Of a stretch of 51,723 bases of DNA, positions 16,247 through 27,074 are shown piece by piece. Under the pieces are notes generated by a model, which saw only the letters and a program-made list of their open reading frames with translations, did not search any database and was not told the DNA's origin. Every line of letters starts with the position of its first letter. The first letter of the stretch is position 1. The position numbers were made by a program, and so were the translations under genes. This DNA is from Chloroflexia bacterium (GTDB lineage: Bacteria > Chloroflexota > Chloroflexia > QHBQ01 > JADMIH01). The stretch covers positions 1-51,723 of the forward strand of contig JBJMMB010000340.1 in NCBI GenBank assembly GCA_045805005.1, written 5' to 3'.

Positions 16247-17854
16247 ATGGCCGTTATCAAGTCGCGCATCGACGTAAGCTCGGACCAGTTCAAGGCGAAT
16301 AACGATCACATGACCGCCCTGGTGGCTCAACTTTACGAGCGGCTGGATACTGTGCGCCTGGGTGGCGGGGAGGACAACATAGCCCGACATAGGTCCCGAG
16401 GCAAGCTACTTGCGCGAGAGCGTATCGAGCGACTGCTAGATCCGGGTACGGCCTTCATGGAACTATCCAGCCTTGCCGCATGGGATATGTACGGCGGCGA
16501 CGCCCCGGCAGCGGGCATCGTTACGGGGATCGGCGTTGTCTCTGGCCAGGAGTGCCTGGTCATCGCGAACGATGCCACGGTCAAGGGCGGCACGTATTTT
16601 CCCATGACCGTGAAGAAGCATCTGCGGGCCCAGGAGATTGCCCTCGAGAACAGGCTCCCATGCATCTACCTGGTCGACTCGGGTGGAGCGTTCCTGCCGC
16701 TGCAGGCCGAGGTCTTCCCCGACCGGGAGCATTTTGGGCGCATCTTCTACAATCAGGCAGTGATGTCCTCGCTGGGTATTCCCCAGGTGGCCGTCGTAAT
16801 GGGCTCCTCCACGGCCGGAGGTGCCTACGTTCCCGCTATGGCCGATGAATCGGTCATCGTGCGGAACAACGGCACAATCTTCCTCGCGGGCCCGCCGTTG
16901 GTCAAGGCGGCCACTGGCGAAGAGGTCACCGCCGAGGAACTAGGCGGCGCCGACGTGCACACCAGGATCAGCGGCGTCTCAGACCACTACGCCATGGACG
17001 ACCCCCACGCCCTGGCCATCACGCGAGACATCGTGGCAAATCTATTCCGGCAGAAAGACTACCCGTGGGAAGTCGCCGATCCCGAACCACCGGCGTACGA
17101 CCCCACGGAGACTTATGGAGTTGTTTCGACGGACACCCGGTTCCCGTATGACGTGCGGGAGATAATAGCAAGGGTAGTCGACGGCTCTCGCTTCCACGAG
17201 TTCAAAGCCCTCTATGGCAGCACGCTTGTGTGCGGCTTCGCCCGGATAATGGGCTATCCGGTTGGCATCATCGCTAACAATGGCATCCTCTTCTCCGAGA
17301 GTTCCCTCAAGGGTGCCCATTTCATCGAGCTTTGCTGCCAGAGGCGAGTGCCGCTGGTCTTCCTGCAGAATATCACCGGCTTCATGGTTGGCCGTGAGTA
17401 CGAAAACCGGGGGATCGCCCGCGACGGCGCAAAGATGGTGATGGCAGTCGCCAACGCGGCCGTGCCCAAGTTCACGGTGATCATCGGCGGCTCCTTCGGG
17501 GCTGGCAACTATGCAATGTGCGGCCGCGCCTACGCGCCCCGCCAGCTCTGGATGTGGCCCAATGCCCGCATCTCGGTTATGGGTGGTCAGCAGGCGGCCA
17601 ACGTGCTGCTCACGGTGCGTCTCGACAATCTCAAGCGCGCGGGCAAGGATTTGGAGCACCAGGAGCGCGAGGAGTTTACAGCGCCGATCCTCCAGAAGTA
17701 CGAGGACGAGGGGAATCCTTATTATTCTACGGCCCGCCTGTGGGACGATGGCATTATCGATCCCGTTGACACGCGCACGGTACTGGGTCTCGGCATCGCC
17801 GCTGCGCTCAATGCCCCCGTTCCGGCCTCCCACTTCGGCGTGTTCCGCATGTAG
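16247..17854 (+). CDS. liuB: 3-methylcrotonyl-CoA carboxylase beta (carboxyltransferase) subunit
   Basis: ORF track. [85 protein letters not shown] is nearly colinear with MCCC2-type sequences as I remember them. Confidence 0.9.
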   Translation: MAVIKSRIDVSSDQFKANNDHMTALVAQLYERLDTVRLGGGEDNIARHRSRGKLLARERIERLLDPGTAFMELSSLAAWDMYGGDAPAAGIVTGIGVVSGQECLVIANDATVKGGTYFPMTVKKHLRAQEIALENRLPCIYLVDSGGAFLPLQAEVFPDREHFGRIFYNQAVMSSLGIPQVAVVMGSSTAGGAYVPAMADESVIVRNNGTIFLAGPPLVKAATGEEVTAEELGGADVHTRISGVSDHYAMDDPHALAITRDIVANLFRQKDYPWEVADPEPPAYDPTETYGVVSTDTRFPYDVREIIARVVDGSRFHEFKALYGSTLVCGFARIMGYPVGIIANNGILFSESSLKGAHFIELCCQRRVPLVFLQNITGFMVGREYENRGIARDGAKMVMAVANAAVPKFTVIIGGSFGAGNYAMCGRAYAPRQLWMWPNARISVMGGQQAANVLLTVRLDNLKRAGKDLEHQEREEFTAPILQKYEDEGNPYYSTARLWDDGIIDPVDTRTVLGLGIAAALNAPVPASHFGVFRM

Positions 17855-17879
17855 CCCGGCGGGAGGTGAGTTCTAGATT

Positions 17880-18668
17880 ATGCCTAACGACTATCGATTC
17901 CTCACCCTGTCCACCGACGGCCCGGTAGCGATTGTCACGCTCAACCGGCCCGAGGTGCACAATGCTTTCAATGCCGAGTTGATCGAAGAGCTCCGGCAGG
18001 CCTTCGAGTATCTGGCCGAAGAAAGCTCTACTCGAGTTGTGGTCCTCGCCGGGGAAGGGCGCTCGTTCTGCGCTGGCGCGGATGTCAACTGGATGCGCGC
18101 CAGCCTCGATTTATCGGAGGCTGAGAACGTGGCCGATGCCCTCCGTATGGCCCGCATGTTCGACACGATCAACCGCTGCCCGCGCCCGGTTATAGGGAGA
18201 GTACATGGGGCCGCCCTCGGCGGGGGTGTGGGCCTGGCGGCAGTGTGCGACGTGGTCGTGGCGGCAGACGGCGCTGTATTCGGCCTTTCCGAGGTTAAGC
18301 TGGGGATCGCCCCCGCGGTAATTTCGCCCTACGTCCTCGCGAAAATAGGCCGGAGCCACGCCCGCGCGCTCTTCCTCACCGGTGAGCGGTTCGGAGCTGA
18401 TCGAGCCCAGCGCATCGGCCTGGTCCACCACGTGGTCACAGCGGACGGACTGGACGCCGAGGTTGAGCGTATTTGCGGGGAGGTTCTCACCGCGGCGCCA
18501 CATGCCATATCCCGGGCCAAAACCCTCATCGAGAGAGTACCCGACCTGGGACACGACGAAGCGATGCAGTACACAGCCGAAACCATCGCCGCACTAAGGA
18601 CCGGCACCGAGGGCCAGGACGGCCTGAGAGCTTTCCTGGAGCGGCGGAAGCCTGGATGGGCCCCCTGA
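17880..18668 (+). CDS. liuC: enoyl-CoA hydratase family; by context, methylglutaconyl-CoA hydratase
   Basis: ORF track. Crotonase motifs: VVVLAGEGRSFCAGADVNWM, GRVHGAALGGGVGLAAVCD. Located between the MCC beta and alpha genes. Confidence 0.85.
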   Translation: MPNDYRFLTLSTDGPVAIVTLNRPEVHNAFNAELIEELRQAFEYLAEESSTRVVVLAGEGRSFCAGADVNWMRASLDLSEAENVADALRMARMFDTINRCPRPVIGRVHGAALGGGVGLAAVCDVVVAADGAVFGLSEVKLGIAPAVISPYVLAKIGRSHARALFLTGERFGADRAQRIGLVHHVVTADGLDAEVERICGEVLTAAPHAISRAKTLIERVPDLGHDEAMQYTAETIAALRTGTEGQDGLRAFLERRKPGWAP

Positions 18669-20743
18669 TGTTTTCGAAGATCTTGATAGCCAATCGAGGC
18701 GAAATCGCCGCCCGCATAGCCCGCACCTGCCAGGAGATGGGCATCAGGACGGTGGCGATCTTCTCCGAGGCAGACCGGACGGCCCTACACGTGCGCGCCT
18801 GTGACGAAGCTTACTGCGTCGGCCCCGCCCCCGCGACCGAGAGCTACCTCAAGGGCGACCACATCATCGAGATCGCCCGCAAGGCCGGCTGCGAGGCCAT
18901 CCACCCCGGCTATGGGTTCCTGTCCGAGAACGCCGCCTTCGCTCGCGCTGTTACCGATGCGGGCCTTGCCTGGATCGGGCCGCCGCCCGAGGCCATCGCA
19001 CTTATGGGCTCCAAGATCGAATCCAAGCGCCTCGCCCAGTCGCTTGGAGTGCCCACGGTACCGGGCTACTCGGGCGACGACCAGGCCGAATCCCGGCTGG
19101 TATCGGAGGCCGAGGGAATCGGCTTTCCCGTGCTCATCAAAGCTTCAGCCGGCGGCGGCGGCAAGGGCATGCGGGTCGTAACCTCCGCTCAGGAAATGCC
19201 CGATGCGATCTCCGGAGCCCGGCGAGAGGCGCGGGCCGCCTTCGGCGACGACACGCTGCTTCTCGAAAAGTATCTGCAGGAGCCGCGCCACATCGAAGTG
19301 CAGGTGCTCGGCGACAACTACGGCAGGCTCGTCCACTTGGGCGAGCGCGAGTGCTCCATCCAGCGCCGCCACCAGAAGGTCCTCGAGGAGAGCCCCTCGC
19401 CCGCCGTCACTCCAGAGTTGCGAGCCGCTATGACCCGCTCGGCTCTGGCTCTCGCTAGGGCCGCGGGCTACGCGAACGCCGGTACTGTCGAGTTCATCTA
19501 CGAGGACGGCAACTACTATTTTCTCGAGATGAACACCCGCCTGCAAGTTGAGCACCCGGTAACCGAGGAAGCAATCGATATCGACCTCGTGGAGGCCCAA
19601 ATCAGGATCGCGGCGGGCGACGCCATGTGGCTCGCCCAGGAGGACGTGCAATTCAACGCCCACGCCATCGAAGCCCGGTTGTACGCCGAAGACCCTGAGC
19701 ACGACTTCCTTCCTTCGACCGGCGAGATCAAGGTATTCGACGTTTTGGACGACGCCAGGCTCGATGCGGGAGTGGCTGCGGGCGACAGCGTTACGCCATA
19801 CTACGACCCTATGATCGCCAAGGTGGTGGCAGTGGGCCAGGACCGGCAGGCCGCGGTGGACCGCATGCGGTCGGTCCTCGGGAGCATGCTCGTGGCAGGG
19901 CCAAAGACCAACCTGGATTTCTTGCGCTGGTTGGTGGCCCACCCGCAATTCGAGCTCGGCAACCTGTCCACGCGCTTCATCGAGCGCTACTACCGCCCTG
20001 GAGCCTTCCCCCTCGTGCCCTACCAGGCGACAGTGGCCGGGACCGCCCTGATCGCGCTCTATCCGGAGCAACTGGCGGCTAGCGGCGCATATCGGGAGTT
20101 GAACCCCTGGCGCGCCTCGCCGTGGCGGCAGGCCCGAAGGCACATGGCGCTGGAGACAATCATCGAGGGGCGCACCTACCGATGCGAGTTATCGGGCCGC
20201 GTGGGCAAGCGCGACAGTTGGTCGATCAAAGTTACGCAGGATGAGCACATCGTGTACGAAGGAGGCGCGCGAATGACGGAATCTCGGCCAGACCCCACCG
20301 CCGACCCGAGCGACACGGCACCCGCGCTCTTGCTCCAGTTCGATGACGACCCTACCGTGCACTCGGTGAGATTCGACCCGGTGTTGGGGCGCGAGGCGTT
20401 CGCGGTATACTGGGAGGGGCGCGAGTACTGGGTACGGCCCGCTCCGGCCCTGAGCACTGAGCGGCTGGAGACCACCGTTCACGCCGCGAGCGAGGATACG
20501 CTCGAGAGCCCCATGCCGGGCAAAGTGTTGAAGGTGATGGTCAGCGAAGGCGATGAGGTGCACGACGATCAGCCACTCGTGATCATCGAAGCCATGAAAA
20601 TGGAGTTCACCGTTCGTGCTCCCCACGACGGCCGCGTGGCCCACGTACACTATGAGGAAGGCGCGCAGGTCGCCGTCGGCGACGTGCTCATTGAGCTCGA
20701 CGCGAGTAGCGATCACGGATCACATGACCATGAAGTACCCTGA
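18668..20743 (+). CDS. liuD: 3-methylcrotonyl-CoA carboxylase alpha subunit (biotin carboxylase plus C-terminal biotinyl domain)
   Basis: The ORF track gives 18473..20743. The real start is ATG 18668 (MFSKILIANRGEIAARIARTCQEMGI), overlapping the liuC stop (TGATG). ATP-grasp motifs are present, and the C-terminal biotinylation motif is IIEAMKMEF. Confidence 0.9.
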   Translation: MFSKILIANRGEIAARIARTCQEMGIRTVAIFSEADRTALHVRACDEAYCVGPAPATESYLKGDHIIEIARKAGCEAIHPGYGFLSENAAFARAVTDAGLAWIGPPPEAIALMGSKIESKRLAQSLGVPTVPGYSGDDQAESRLVSEAEGIGFPVLIKASAGGGGKGMRVVTSAQEMPDAISGARREARAAFGDDTLLLEKYLQEPRHIEVQVLGDNYGRLVHLGERECSIQRRHQKVLEESPSPAVTPELRAAMTRSALALARAAGYANAGTVEFIYEDGNYYFLEMNTRLQVEHPVTEEAIDIDLVEAQIRIAAGDAMWLAQEDVQFNAHAIEARLYAEDPEHDFLPSTGEIKVFDVLDDARLDAGVAAGDSVTPYYDPMIAKVVAVGQDRQAAVDRMRSVLGSMLVAGPKTNLDFLRWLVAHPQFELGNLSTRFIERYYRPGAFPLVPYQATVAGTALIALYPEQLAASGAYRELNPWRASPWRQARRHMALETIIEGRTYRCELSGRVGKRDSWSIKVTQDEHIVYEGGARMTESRPDPTADPSDTAPALLLQFDDDPTVHSVRFDPVLGREAFAVYWEGREYWVRPAPALSTERLETTVHAASEDTLESPMPGKVLKVMVSEGDEVHDDQPLVIIEAMKMEFTVRAPHDGRVAHVHYEEGAQVAVGDVLIELDASSDHGSHDHEVP

Positions 20744-21632
20744 CCTAGTAACCATTTACGAAGTGGGCCCCCGCGACGGCCTCCAGAACGAAAAGCCGAG
20801 CGTCCCTACCGACGCCAAGATAACCTATATTGATCTGCTGAGCGCCACGGGACTACGCCTAATTGAGGCTACTTCCTTCGTCAGCCCCAAAGCCATCCCA
20901 CAACTCGCCGACGCTGGCGATGTGATGCGCGGCATCAGCCGGGCCGGAGGAGTTCGCTATCCGGTTCTGGTGCCCAACAGCCGAGGAATGGAGCGGGCAT
21001 TGGAAGCAGGGATAACAGATATCGCCCTGTTCACCGCTGCGTCCGAGAGTTTCACAAAAGCTAACATCAACAGCACTATCGAGGAATCGCTCAGGAACTT
21101 CCAGCCGGTGGTTGCTCTGGCTCGGGAAAATGGTGTCAAAGTGCGAGGATACGTGAGCACCGCCTTCGGGTGTCCGTACGAGGGATATGTTCCACCCGCA
21201 AAGGTGCTTGAGGTCGGCCTGCGGCTGGTGGACCTTGGGGTCGAACAGTTGTCTATAGGCGACACCATCGGCGTGGGCACGCCCAACCAGGTTGAAGAGG
21301 TGATCGGGCTCCTCCTGACGCGAATCGACAAGGAGGCCATAGCGGTCCACTTCCACGACACGAGAGGCACGGCCCTGGCCAACGTCTTGGCCGCCATGGC
21401 GATGGGCATCACGACCATAGACTCGTCCTCCGCGGGCCTGGGCGGCTGCCCCTACGCCCCCGGAGCCTCGGGCAACCTGGCTACCGAGGATCTACTCTAC
21501 ATGCTCAACGGCATGGGCATCCAAACCGGCGTCGACTTGCCCAGGCTGGTAGAGGCTTCGACATTCATCTCAAATCAATTGCATAAAGCGCCCGCGAGCA
21601 AGTACCTACAAGCCGCCATGAGTACCGAGTAG
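20724..21632 (+). CDS. liuE: hydroxymethylglutaryl-CoA lyase
   Basis: The ORF track gives 20616..21632. The likely start is ATG 20724 or 20730 (MTMKYPDLVTIYEVGPRDGLQNE), overlapping the end of liuD. Also has the HFHDTRGTALAN motif. Confidence 0.88.
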   Translation: MTMKYPDLVTIYEVGPRDGLQNEKPSVPTDAKITYIDLLSATGLRLIEATSFVSPKAIPQLADAGDVMRGISRAGGVRYPVLVPNSRGMERALEAGITDIALFTAASESFTKANINSTIEESLRNFQPVVALARENGVKVRGYVSTAFGCPYEGYVPPAKVLEVGLRLVDLGVEQLSIGDTIGVGTPNQVEEVIGLLLTRIDKEAIAVHFHDTRGTALANVLAAMAMGITTIDSSSAGLGGCPYAPGASGNLATEDLLYMLNGMGIQTGVDLPRLVEASTFISNQLHKAPASKYLQAAMSTE

Positions 21633-21689
21633 CGAGTACCGAGCAGCCGACTGAGCTTGTCGTACCTGGAACTTGGAACATGGTACTCG
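21620..21689. repeat. inverted heptamer arrays GAGTACC-type (left) and TGGWACW-type (right) in the liuE-accC junction
   Basis: GAGTACC GAGTAGC GAGTACC GAGCAGC at 21620-21647, overlapping the liuE stop TAG at 21630-21632. TGGAACT TGGAACA TGGTACT at 21667-21687. CGAGTACC (21633-21640) pairs with GGTACTCG (21682-21689). Confidence 0.6.
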
Positions 21690-21712
21690 GCATCCACCTG
21701 AATGGAGAATAA

Positions 21713-23260
21713 ATGCCAATCATCAAAAAGGTCCTGGTTGCCAACCGTGGGGAGATAGCGTTGCGGATAGTGCGCGCATGCGCTGACGTGGGCGTGCAGT
21801 CGGTAGCCGTCTTCTCCGAGGCCGACCGCACTGCGCTACACGTGAGGGCAGCGGACGAGGCCTTCCCCCTCGGGCCGGCGCCTTCGACGGAGTCGTATCT
21901 GCGCATGGATAAGTTGATCGAGGTGGCCTGCAAATCGAGGGCCGATGCGGTGCACCCCGGCTACGGGTTCCTAGCCGAGAACCCGCAGTTCGCAGAGGCG
22001 GTCATCGAAGCTGGTCTAACCTGGATCGGCCCCTCCCCCGAGTCGATGCGCCGCCTCGGGGACAAACTCTCCGGCCGCAGCCTGGCGCGAAGCGCGGGCG
22101 TGCCCGTCGTTCCCGGCACCGACGTGTCGGTCGACAACTCGGAAAGCGCGGCGCGGGCCGCTGAGGGGCTCGGATACCCCGTGTTGATAAAAGCCTCGGC
22201 CGGGGGCGGCGGAAAGGGTATGCGGGTGGTTAGGAGCCGCGATGAATTGGACAGCGCCCTCGGGCTCGCCAGCAGCGAAGCCCAATCGTCCTTCGGCTCG
22301 GGCGTGGTCTACCTGGAGAAATACCTCGAGAGCGTTCGGCACGTGGAAATACAGGTGCTGGCCGACCAGCACGGCCACGCCATACATCTGGGCGAGCGCG
22401 AGTGCTCGGTCCAAAGGCGGCACCAAAAGCTGATTGAGGAGGCTCCATCAGTAGCCGTCGACACGGGCTTGAGGGCTCGAATGGGCGCCGTCGCGGTCAA
22501 CGCGGCTCTCGCCGCCAATTATTCGTCGGCGGGAACAGTGGAGTTCCTGCTCGACCACAACAAGAACTTCTATTTCCTGGAGGTCAACACCCGCTTGCAG
22601 GTCGAGCACCCGGTTACCGAGCTGGTCACCGGGGTCGACATCGTGCTGGAGCAATTCCGCATTGCCTCCGGCAGGCCCTTGCGCCTGACACAAGCCGACG
22701 TTCAGTGGAAGGGGCACGCCATCGAGTGTCGCATCGCCGCCGAGGACCCGTACCACAACTTCGCGCCCTCGCTGGGCGATATCGCCACGCGCACCGAGCC
22801 GAGCGGCCCTGGCGTGCGAATGGACAGCAGCCTCTATCGAGGTGGCCGCATACCCATCTACTACGACCCGATGGTTGCCAAGGTGATAGCCTGGGGCCCA
22901 AGTCGCGCGCACGCTATCATGCGCATGCGCCGGGCCCTGTCCGAGTACCGTGTGGTGGGCATCCAGACCAATATCCCGTTCCACCTGGCTGTTCTCGACT
23001 CGATCGACTTCCAACGAGGCCGCCTCGACACGAGGTTTGTAGAGCGCTTCCTCCAACACGGCATGCCTGAGGAGCCCGACCGCGAGGAGTTCGCCCTGGT
23101 AGCTGCGATGATGGGCGCGCTAGTCGCAGAGCGCCGCTCGACGGCTGGCAGTGCAGGCGGCCTTGCTGCCTCACCAGGGGAACCGGCAACGAACGGTAGC
23201 TCACCGGCTGGTGAGTCTGCCAACTGGCGGCTCGCCGCGCGCAGATCGGCATTGAGATAG
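21713..23260 (+). CDS. accC: biotin carboxylase (acetyl/propionyl-CoA carboxylase type) with a C-terminal extension of about 60 aa
   Basis: ORF track. MPIIKKVLVANRGEIALRIVRAC..., HPGYGFLAEN, ATP-grasp motifs. No biotinyl domain. Confidence 0.9.
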   Translation: MPIIKKVLVANRGEIALRIVRACADVGVQSVAVFSEADRTALHVRAADEAFPLGPAPSTESYLRMDKLIEVACKSRADAVHPGYGFLAENPQFAEAVIEAGLTWIGPSPESMRRLGDKLSGRSLARSAGVPVVPGTDVSVDNSESAARAAEGLGYPVLIKASAGGGGKGMRVVRSRDELDSALGLASSEAQSSFGSGVVYLEKYLESVRHVEIQVLADQHGHAIHLGERECSVQRRHQKLIEEAPSVAVDTGLRARMGAVAVNAALAANYSSAGTVEFLLDHNKNFYFLEVNTRLQVEHPVTELVTGVDIVLEQFRIASGRPLRLTQADVQWKGHAIECRIAAEDPYHNFAPSLGDIATRTEPSGPGVRMDSSLYRGGRIPIYYDPMVAKVIAWGPSRAHAIMRMRRALSEYRVVGIQTNIPFHLAVLDSIDFQRGRLDTRFVERFLQHGMPEEPDREEFALVAAMMGALVAERRSTAGSAGGLAASPGEPATNGSSPAGESANWRLAARRSALR

Positions 23261-23261
23261 C

Positions 23262-23801
23262 ATGGCCAAATACTATATAGAAGTCGATAACAAGGAAATG
23301 GCGGTCGAGGTCTTCCACCGCGAGGGCAAGACCACTTTGACTCTGCAATCCGATGGCGAGGAGCCACGCCTCGTGGCCGCTGATTTCGCGGTGATCCACT
23401 CTAACATCGGCACGGGCGAGGGCCTTTACTCGCTGATCGCCGACGGTAAGAGCTACCAGGTGCACGTCGAGCGAACTGAGGAAGGGCTGCGCATGCTGAT
23501 CGGCGGCCACCAGATCGATCTCCGTGTACAAACCGAGCGCGAGTGGCACTTGAAGAAGGTGGCCCCACGCTCGATGGCGCAGACCGGAGCCGTGGTGGTT
23601 CGGGCCCCGATGCCTGGGCTGGTGAAGTCCGTGGCGGTCGAGAGGGGACAATATGTGCAGAGCGGGCAGCGCCTGGTAGTGCTCGAAGCCATGAAGATGG
23701 AAAATGAGATCACCGCGCCGCGACCCGGAACGGTTGCAGATGTACATGTTGACCAGGGCTCGACCGTCGAAGGCGGCAAGCCGCTGGTAACCATAGAATA
23801 G
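23262..23801 (+). CDS. biotin carboxyl carrier-like protein (biotin/lipoyl attachment domain) with an N-terminal domain of unknown role
   Basis: ORF track. Starts 1 nt after the accC stop. C-terminal motif: [18 protein letters not shown]. Confidence 0.8.
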   Translation: MAKYYIEVDNKEMAVEVFHREGKTTLTLQSDGEEPRLVAADFAVIHSNIGTGEGLYSLIADGKSYQVHVERTEEGLRMLIGGHQIDLRVQTEREWHLKKVAPRSMAQTGAVVVRAPMPGLVKSVAVERGQYVQSGQRLVVLEAMKMENEITAPRPGTVADVHVDQGSTVEGGKPLVTIE

Positions 23802-23815
23802 AGAGGCGAACAGCC

Positions 23816-25465
23816 ATGCCTACTCCGCGAGACGAATGGAAAGAAGGTACATTGAATCCCGCCCTGGAGCGGAGCCCTGAGAGAAATCCGCAATTCAGCA
23901 CGCCTTCGGGTATCGTGGTCGAACGCCTCTACACCCCTGACGATATCGAGCAGCTCGATTACGACGAGGATCTGGGCTACCCGGGCGAGTTCCCCTTCAC
24001 CAGGGGCGTCCAACCTACCATGTACAGAGGTCGCCTCTGGACGATGCGCCAGTACGCAGGCTTCGGCACCGCCGAGCAGTCGAACCGGCGCTACCGCTTC
24101 CTCCTCTCCCAGGGACAGACGGGCCTATCGGTCGCCTTCGACCTCCCAACACAAATGGGTTACGACAGCGACCACCCCCTTGCAGTTGGAGAGGTCGGTA
24201 AGGTGGGGGTGGCCATAAGCTCGATGCACGACATGGACCGGCTGATGGACTCGATTCCCCTGGACCGGGTCAGCACCTCCATGACGATCAACGCTACGGC
24301 GTCCATCCTCCTGGCCCTGTACGTCGCGGTGGCCCGCAAGCGCGGCATCGACGCGCGGGTCCTCAGCGGCACTGTCCAGAACGACATCTTGAAGGAATAC
24401 ATCGCACGGGGTACCTATATATATCCTGCCGGCCCTTCCATGCGAATCGCAGCCGACGTAATTACATATTGCGCTAGCGAGATGCCCCGTTGGAATCCCA
24501 TATCGATCAGCGGCTACCACATACGGGAGGCCGGCTCGACGGCGGTCCAGGAGGTCGCCTTTACCCTGGCCAATGCGATAGCGTACGTCGAAGAAGTGCT
24601 GCGCAGGGGCGCAGACATCGACTCCTTCGCGCCCCGATTGGCCTTCTTCTTCAATGCCCACAGCGACTTCTTCGAGGAGGTCGCCAAGTTCCGAGCGGCT
24701 AGGCGCCTCTGGGCGCGCCTGGTATCCGAGCGCTTCGGAGCCCGGAGCCCTCACTCGCAGATGCTCCGCTTCCACACGCAGACTGCTGGCTCCACGCTGA
24801 CTGCGCAGCAACCCGTGAATAACGTTACCCGCGTGGCCCTGCAAGCGCTATCGGCGGTCCTCGGCGGCACTCAATCGCTGCACACCAACGCGCTCGACGA
24901 GGCCCTGGCCCTCCCCACTGAGGCCGCGGCCAGGACCGCCCTGCGCACGCAGCAGATTATCGCTTACGAGACGGGAGTGGCCTCTACCATCGACCCGCTG
25001 GCAGGCTCATACTACGTAGAATCACTCACAACCGCTATCGAAGAGCAGACGATAGCGTACCTCAACCGGATTGATGTCATGGGCGGCACCCTGGCAGCCC
25101 TTGAAGGCGGCTTCTTCCAGCAGGAGATCCAGGAGGCGGCGTACGGGTGGCAGCGCGAGGTCGACTCAGGTGAGCGGGTCATCGTCGGCGTTAACAAATT
25201 CCAATCTGACCAGGCAGGCCCCGTCGAAGTCATGAAGGTTGACCCGGCGCTCCAGCAAGACCAGGTCCGAAGGCTCAGGGCCCTTCGAGACAGCCGGGAC
25301 CAGTCCGATGCCTCGGCGGCGCTTGAGCGACTGGCCAACGCGGCAACAACCGGCGACAACCTCATGCCCCCAATCATAGATTGCGTCGAAGCGGAATGCA
25401 CGCTGGGAGAAATCAGCGACGCGTTGCGAAGCGTGTTTGGCGTCTACAAAGAGAAGCTAGCCTGA
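23816..25465 (+). CDS. methylmalonyl-CoA mutase family, catalytic (N-terminal) subunit only, with no B12-binding domain
   Basis: ORF track. [59 protein letters not shown]. At 549 aa it ends before where the cobalamin-binding domain would begin. Confidence 0.88.
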   Translation: MPTPRDEWKEGTLNPALERSPERNPQFSTPSGIVVERLYTPDDIEQLDYDEDLGYPGEFPFTRGVQPTMYRGRLWTMRQYAGFGTAEQSNRRYRFLLSQGQTGLSVAFDLPTQMGYDSDHPLAVGEVGKVGVAISSMHDMDRLMDSIPLDRVSTSMTINATASILLALYVAVARKRGIDARVLSGTVQNDILKEYIARGTYIYPAGPSMRIAADVITYCASEMPRWNPISISGYHIREAGSTAVQEVAFTLANAIAYVEEVLRRGADIDSFAPRLAFFFNAHSDFFEEVAKFRAARRLWARLVSERFGARSPHSQMLRFHTQTAGSTLTAQQPVNNVTRVALQALSAVLGGTQSLHTNALDEALALPTEAAARTALRTQQIIAYETGVASTIDPLAGSYYVESLTTAIEEQTIAYLNRIDVMGGTLAALEGGFFQQEIQEAAYGWQREVDSGERVIVGVNKFQSDQAGPVEVMKVDPALQQDQVRRLRALRDSRDQSDASAALERLANAATTGDNLMPPIIDCVEAECTLGEISDALRSVFGVYKEKLA

Positions 25466-27073
25466 CCTGGCTTCGTCGATCGTGACTTCCACAAATCTTA
25501 CGGCAGTCCCCGGCGCTACCTGGGCCAGGGCCGGCCAATCTGCTTCAGCCACGACCCCGATCACCGGATAGCCGCCTGTGGTCTGGTGGTCGGCGTTGAG
25601 GACTATCGGCTCACCACTGGGCGGCAGTTGGATGGTGCCCCTCACCACCCCAAACGAGAGGACCTCGCGGGCCGCCCCCCGCAGGGGCGAGACTCCTTCC
25701 GTCGTAAGTCGCGTACCTGTACGGTTTGCTTGGTCACTAGCTCGCCAGGCGTGGGACTTGAAGACCTCAACAGAAGTTGCAGTGGCGCCGTATGGTCCGG
25801 TGTAGCGGACGAACCGCAAGGTGACCGGTTCAGCACCTGAGAGCTGTCCTGATTGCGGGCTGAGGCGGCCGGCGGCCTGGGCGGCCGGAACCGGCACCTC
25901 GCCTATGCCGAGGGCATCTCCTGCTCGTAGTGGTCTGCCTGCGTAACCACCAAACGCCGCCGCGAGATATGTAGACCTGGAGCCGAGCACTTCGGGCACC
26001 TCGAAGCCGCCCAGGACCGCAAGCCAGGCGCGGAAACCCCTTTGCGTGCCCGGGGCACCCTGGAAACGCACGCGGCTGCCCTGGCGCACGAGCCAGGTAA
26101 GCCCGGTCGGGACCCGCACGCCGTCCACCTCGCAGCCCATGTCCGCCCCTGCGAGGGAGATACAAACTGTGCGCAGAGCCAGTAGTTCGGGCCCTGTAAA
26201 GGTCAGTTCGAGGACGGCCGCGCCATCCTGGTTCCCGAGCACGCGATTGGCTCGCACTGCTGCCTCCCGGTCCATAACCCCTCCGCATGCGAGCCCCACC
26301 GAGCCATAACCGGGCCTGCCCAGGTCCTGGACGGTGGTCATGCCCTTTGCCTCTAGCACTTCGAACGCGGGGGTTTGCGGATTGGCGACTCCAATCACCA
26401 GTGGAACTGTCTCGGGTTGTGAGCGTGAGGACCTGAAGCGCACAGAATCGCCCGCGGCCAGCAGCGCAGGATTTGCGCTCCCGGGGTCCCAGAGGACCTG
26501 CGCGGTGCGGCCCACCAGGTTCCACCCTCCAGGGGTGGACAATGGGTAGACACCGGTCTTGGCGTCGGCGATGCCCACCGAGCCCACCGGCACCCGCACG
26601 CGCGGCGACGATAGACGAGGGGTGGCAATGGCGTCCGGCACAGTGCCCATATAGGCCCAACCCGGCATGAAGCCAACGAAGTAGACGCGGTAAGTGGGGG
26701 CGGAATGCTGGGCGATCACGTCGCGCTGAGATAATCCATGCGCCACCGCCACCGCTGCCAGGTCCGGGCCATCGTGGCCGCCATAACAAACCGGAATAGT
26801 GTGAGCACGCACCGTGGGCCGCGCAAAGGAAGTCGAGCCCGCGCTTGCTGACCGCACAAGGACACGCAGGTCCTCTTCCGCGAGCACGCGCGGATCGAAG
26901 ATCACCAGCACGCTTGTGTAAGCAGGCACAACGTCCAGCACACCCCGGTGGGCCCCCTCTTTCAGTCGTGCTGCAAGTGAGTGTGCCCTGTCGTTGTTCT
27001 CCGAGGTTAGTGTGTGGCCCGTGAAGGCAAGCAACCCGGCGTCACCGAGCCGGTGAATCGATGGTGCGACCAC
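25457..27073 (-). CDS. fused 5-oxoprolinase subunits PxpB-PxpC (KipI/KipA, allophanate hydrolase subunit 1+2 families)
   Basis: ORF track, GTG start. The N-terminal half is KipI-like ([11 protein letters not shown]...[14 protein letters not shown]). The C-terminal half is KipA-like ([20 protein letters not shown]...[25 protein letters not shown]). Its 3' end overlaps the mutase gene by 9 nt (convergent). Confidence 0.85.
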   Translation of the reverse strand: MVAPSIHRLGDAGLLAFTGHTLTSENNDRAHSLAARLKEGAHRGVLDVVPAYTSVLVIFDPRVLAEEDLRVLVRSASAGSTSFARPTVRAHTIPVCYGGHDGPDLAAVAVAHGLSQRDVIAQHSAPTYRVYFVGFMPGWAYMGTVPDAIATPRLSSPRVRVPVGSVGIADAKTGVYPLSTPGGWNLVGRTAQVLWDPGSANPALLAAGDSVRFRSSRSQPETVPLVIGVANPQTPAFEVLEAKGMTTVQDLGRPGYGSVGLACGGVMDREAAVRANRVLGNQDGAAVLELTFTGPELLALRTVCISLAGADMGCEVDGVRVPTGLTWLVRQGSRVRFQGAPGTQRGFRAWLAVLGGFEVPEVLGSRSTYLAAAFGGYAGRPLRAGDALGIGEVPVPAAQAAGRLSPQSGQLSGAEPVTLRFVRYTGPYGATATSVEVFKSHAWRASDQANRTGTRLTTEGVSPLRGAAREVLSFGVVRGTIQLPPSGEPIVLNADHQTTGGYPVIGVVAEADWPALAQVAPGTAVRFVEVTIDEARSG

Positions 27074-27074
27074 G

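Noticed and set aside
18473-18667. Upstream extensions of track ORFs: liuD 18473, liuE 20616, fdxA 15790, tatA 36574, radical SAM 50693, FNR 12962, DUF2298 45882.
   Set aside because: In each case the conserved N-terminus of the family begins at an internal start with its own SD or a stop/start overlap. The extension overlaps the preceding gene or a repeat element.
19145-20143. Long antisense or alternative-frame ORFs. Examples: 19145..20143(-), 25830..26789(-), 29541..30647(+), 31356..32534(+), 44235..45230(-), 47327..48367(+), 47847..48824(-), 17042..17833(-), 22917..23747(-).
   Set aside because: Their composition is Arg/Pro/Gly/Ala-rich, as is typical of shadow ORFs in GC-rich DNA. Each is fully overlapped by a gene with clear family motifs on the other strand or in another frame.
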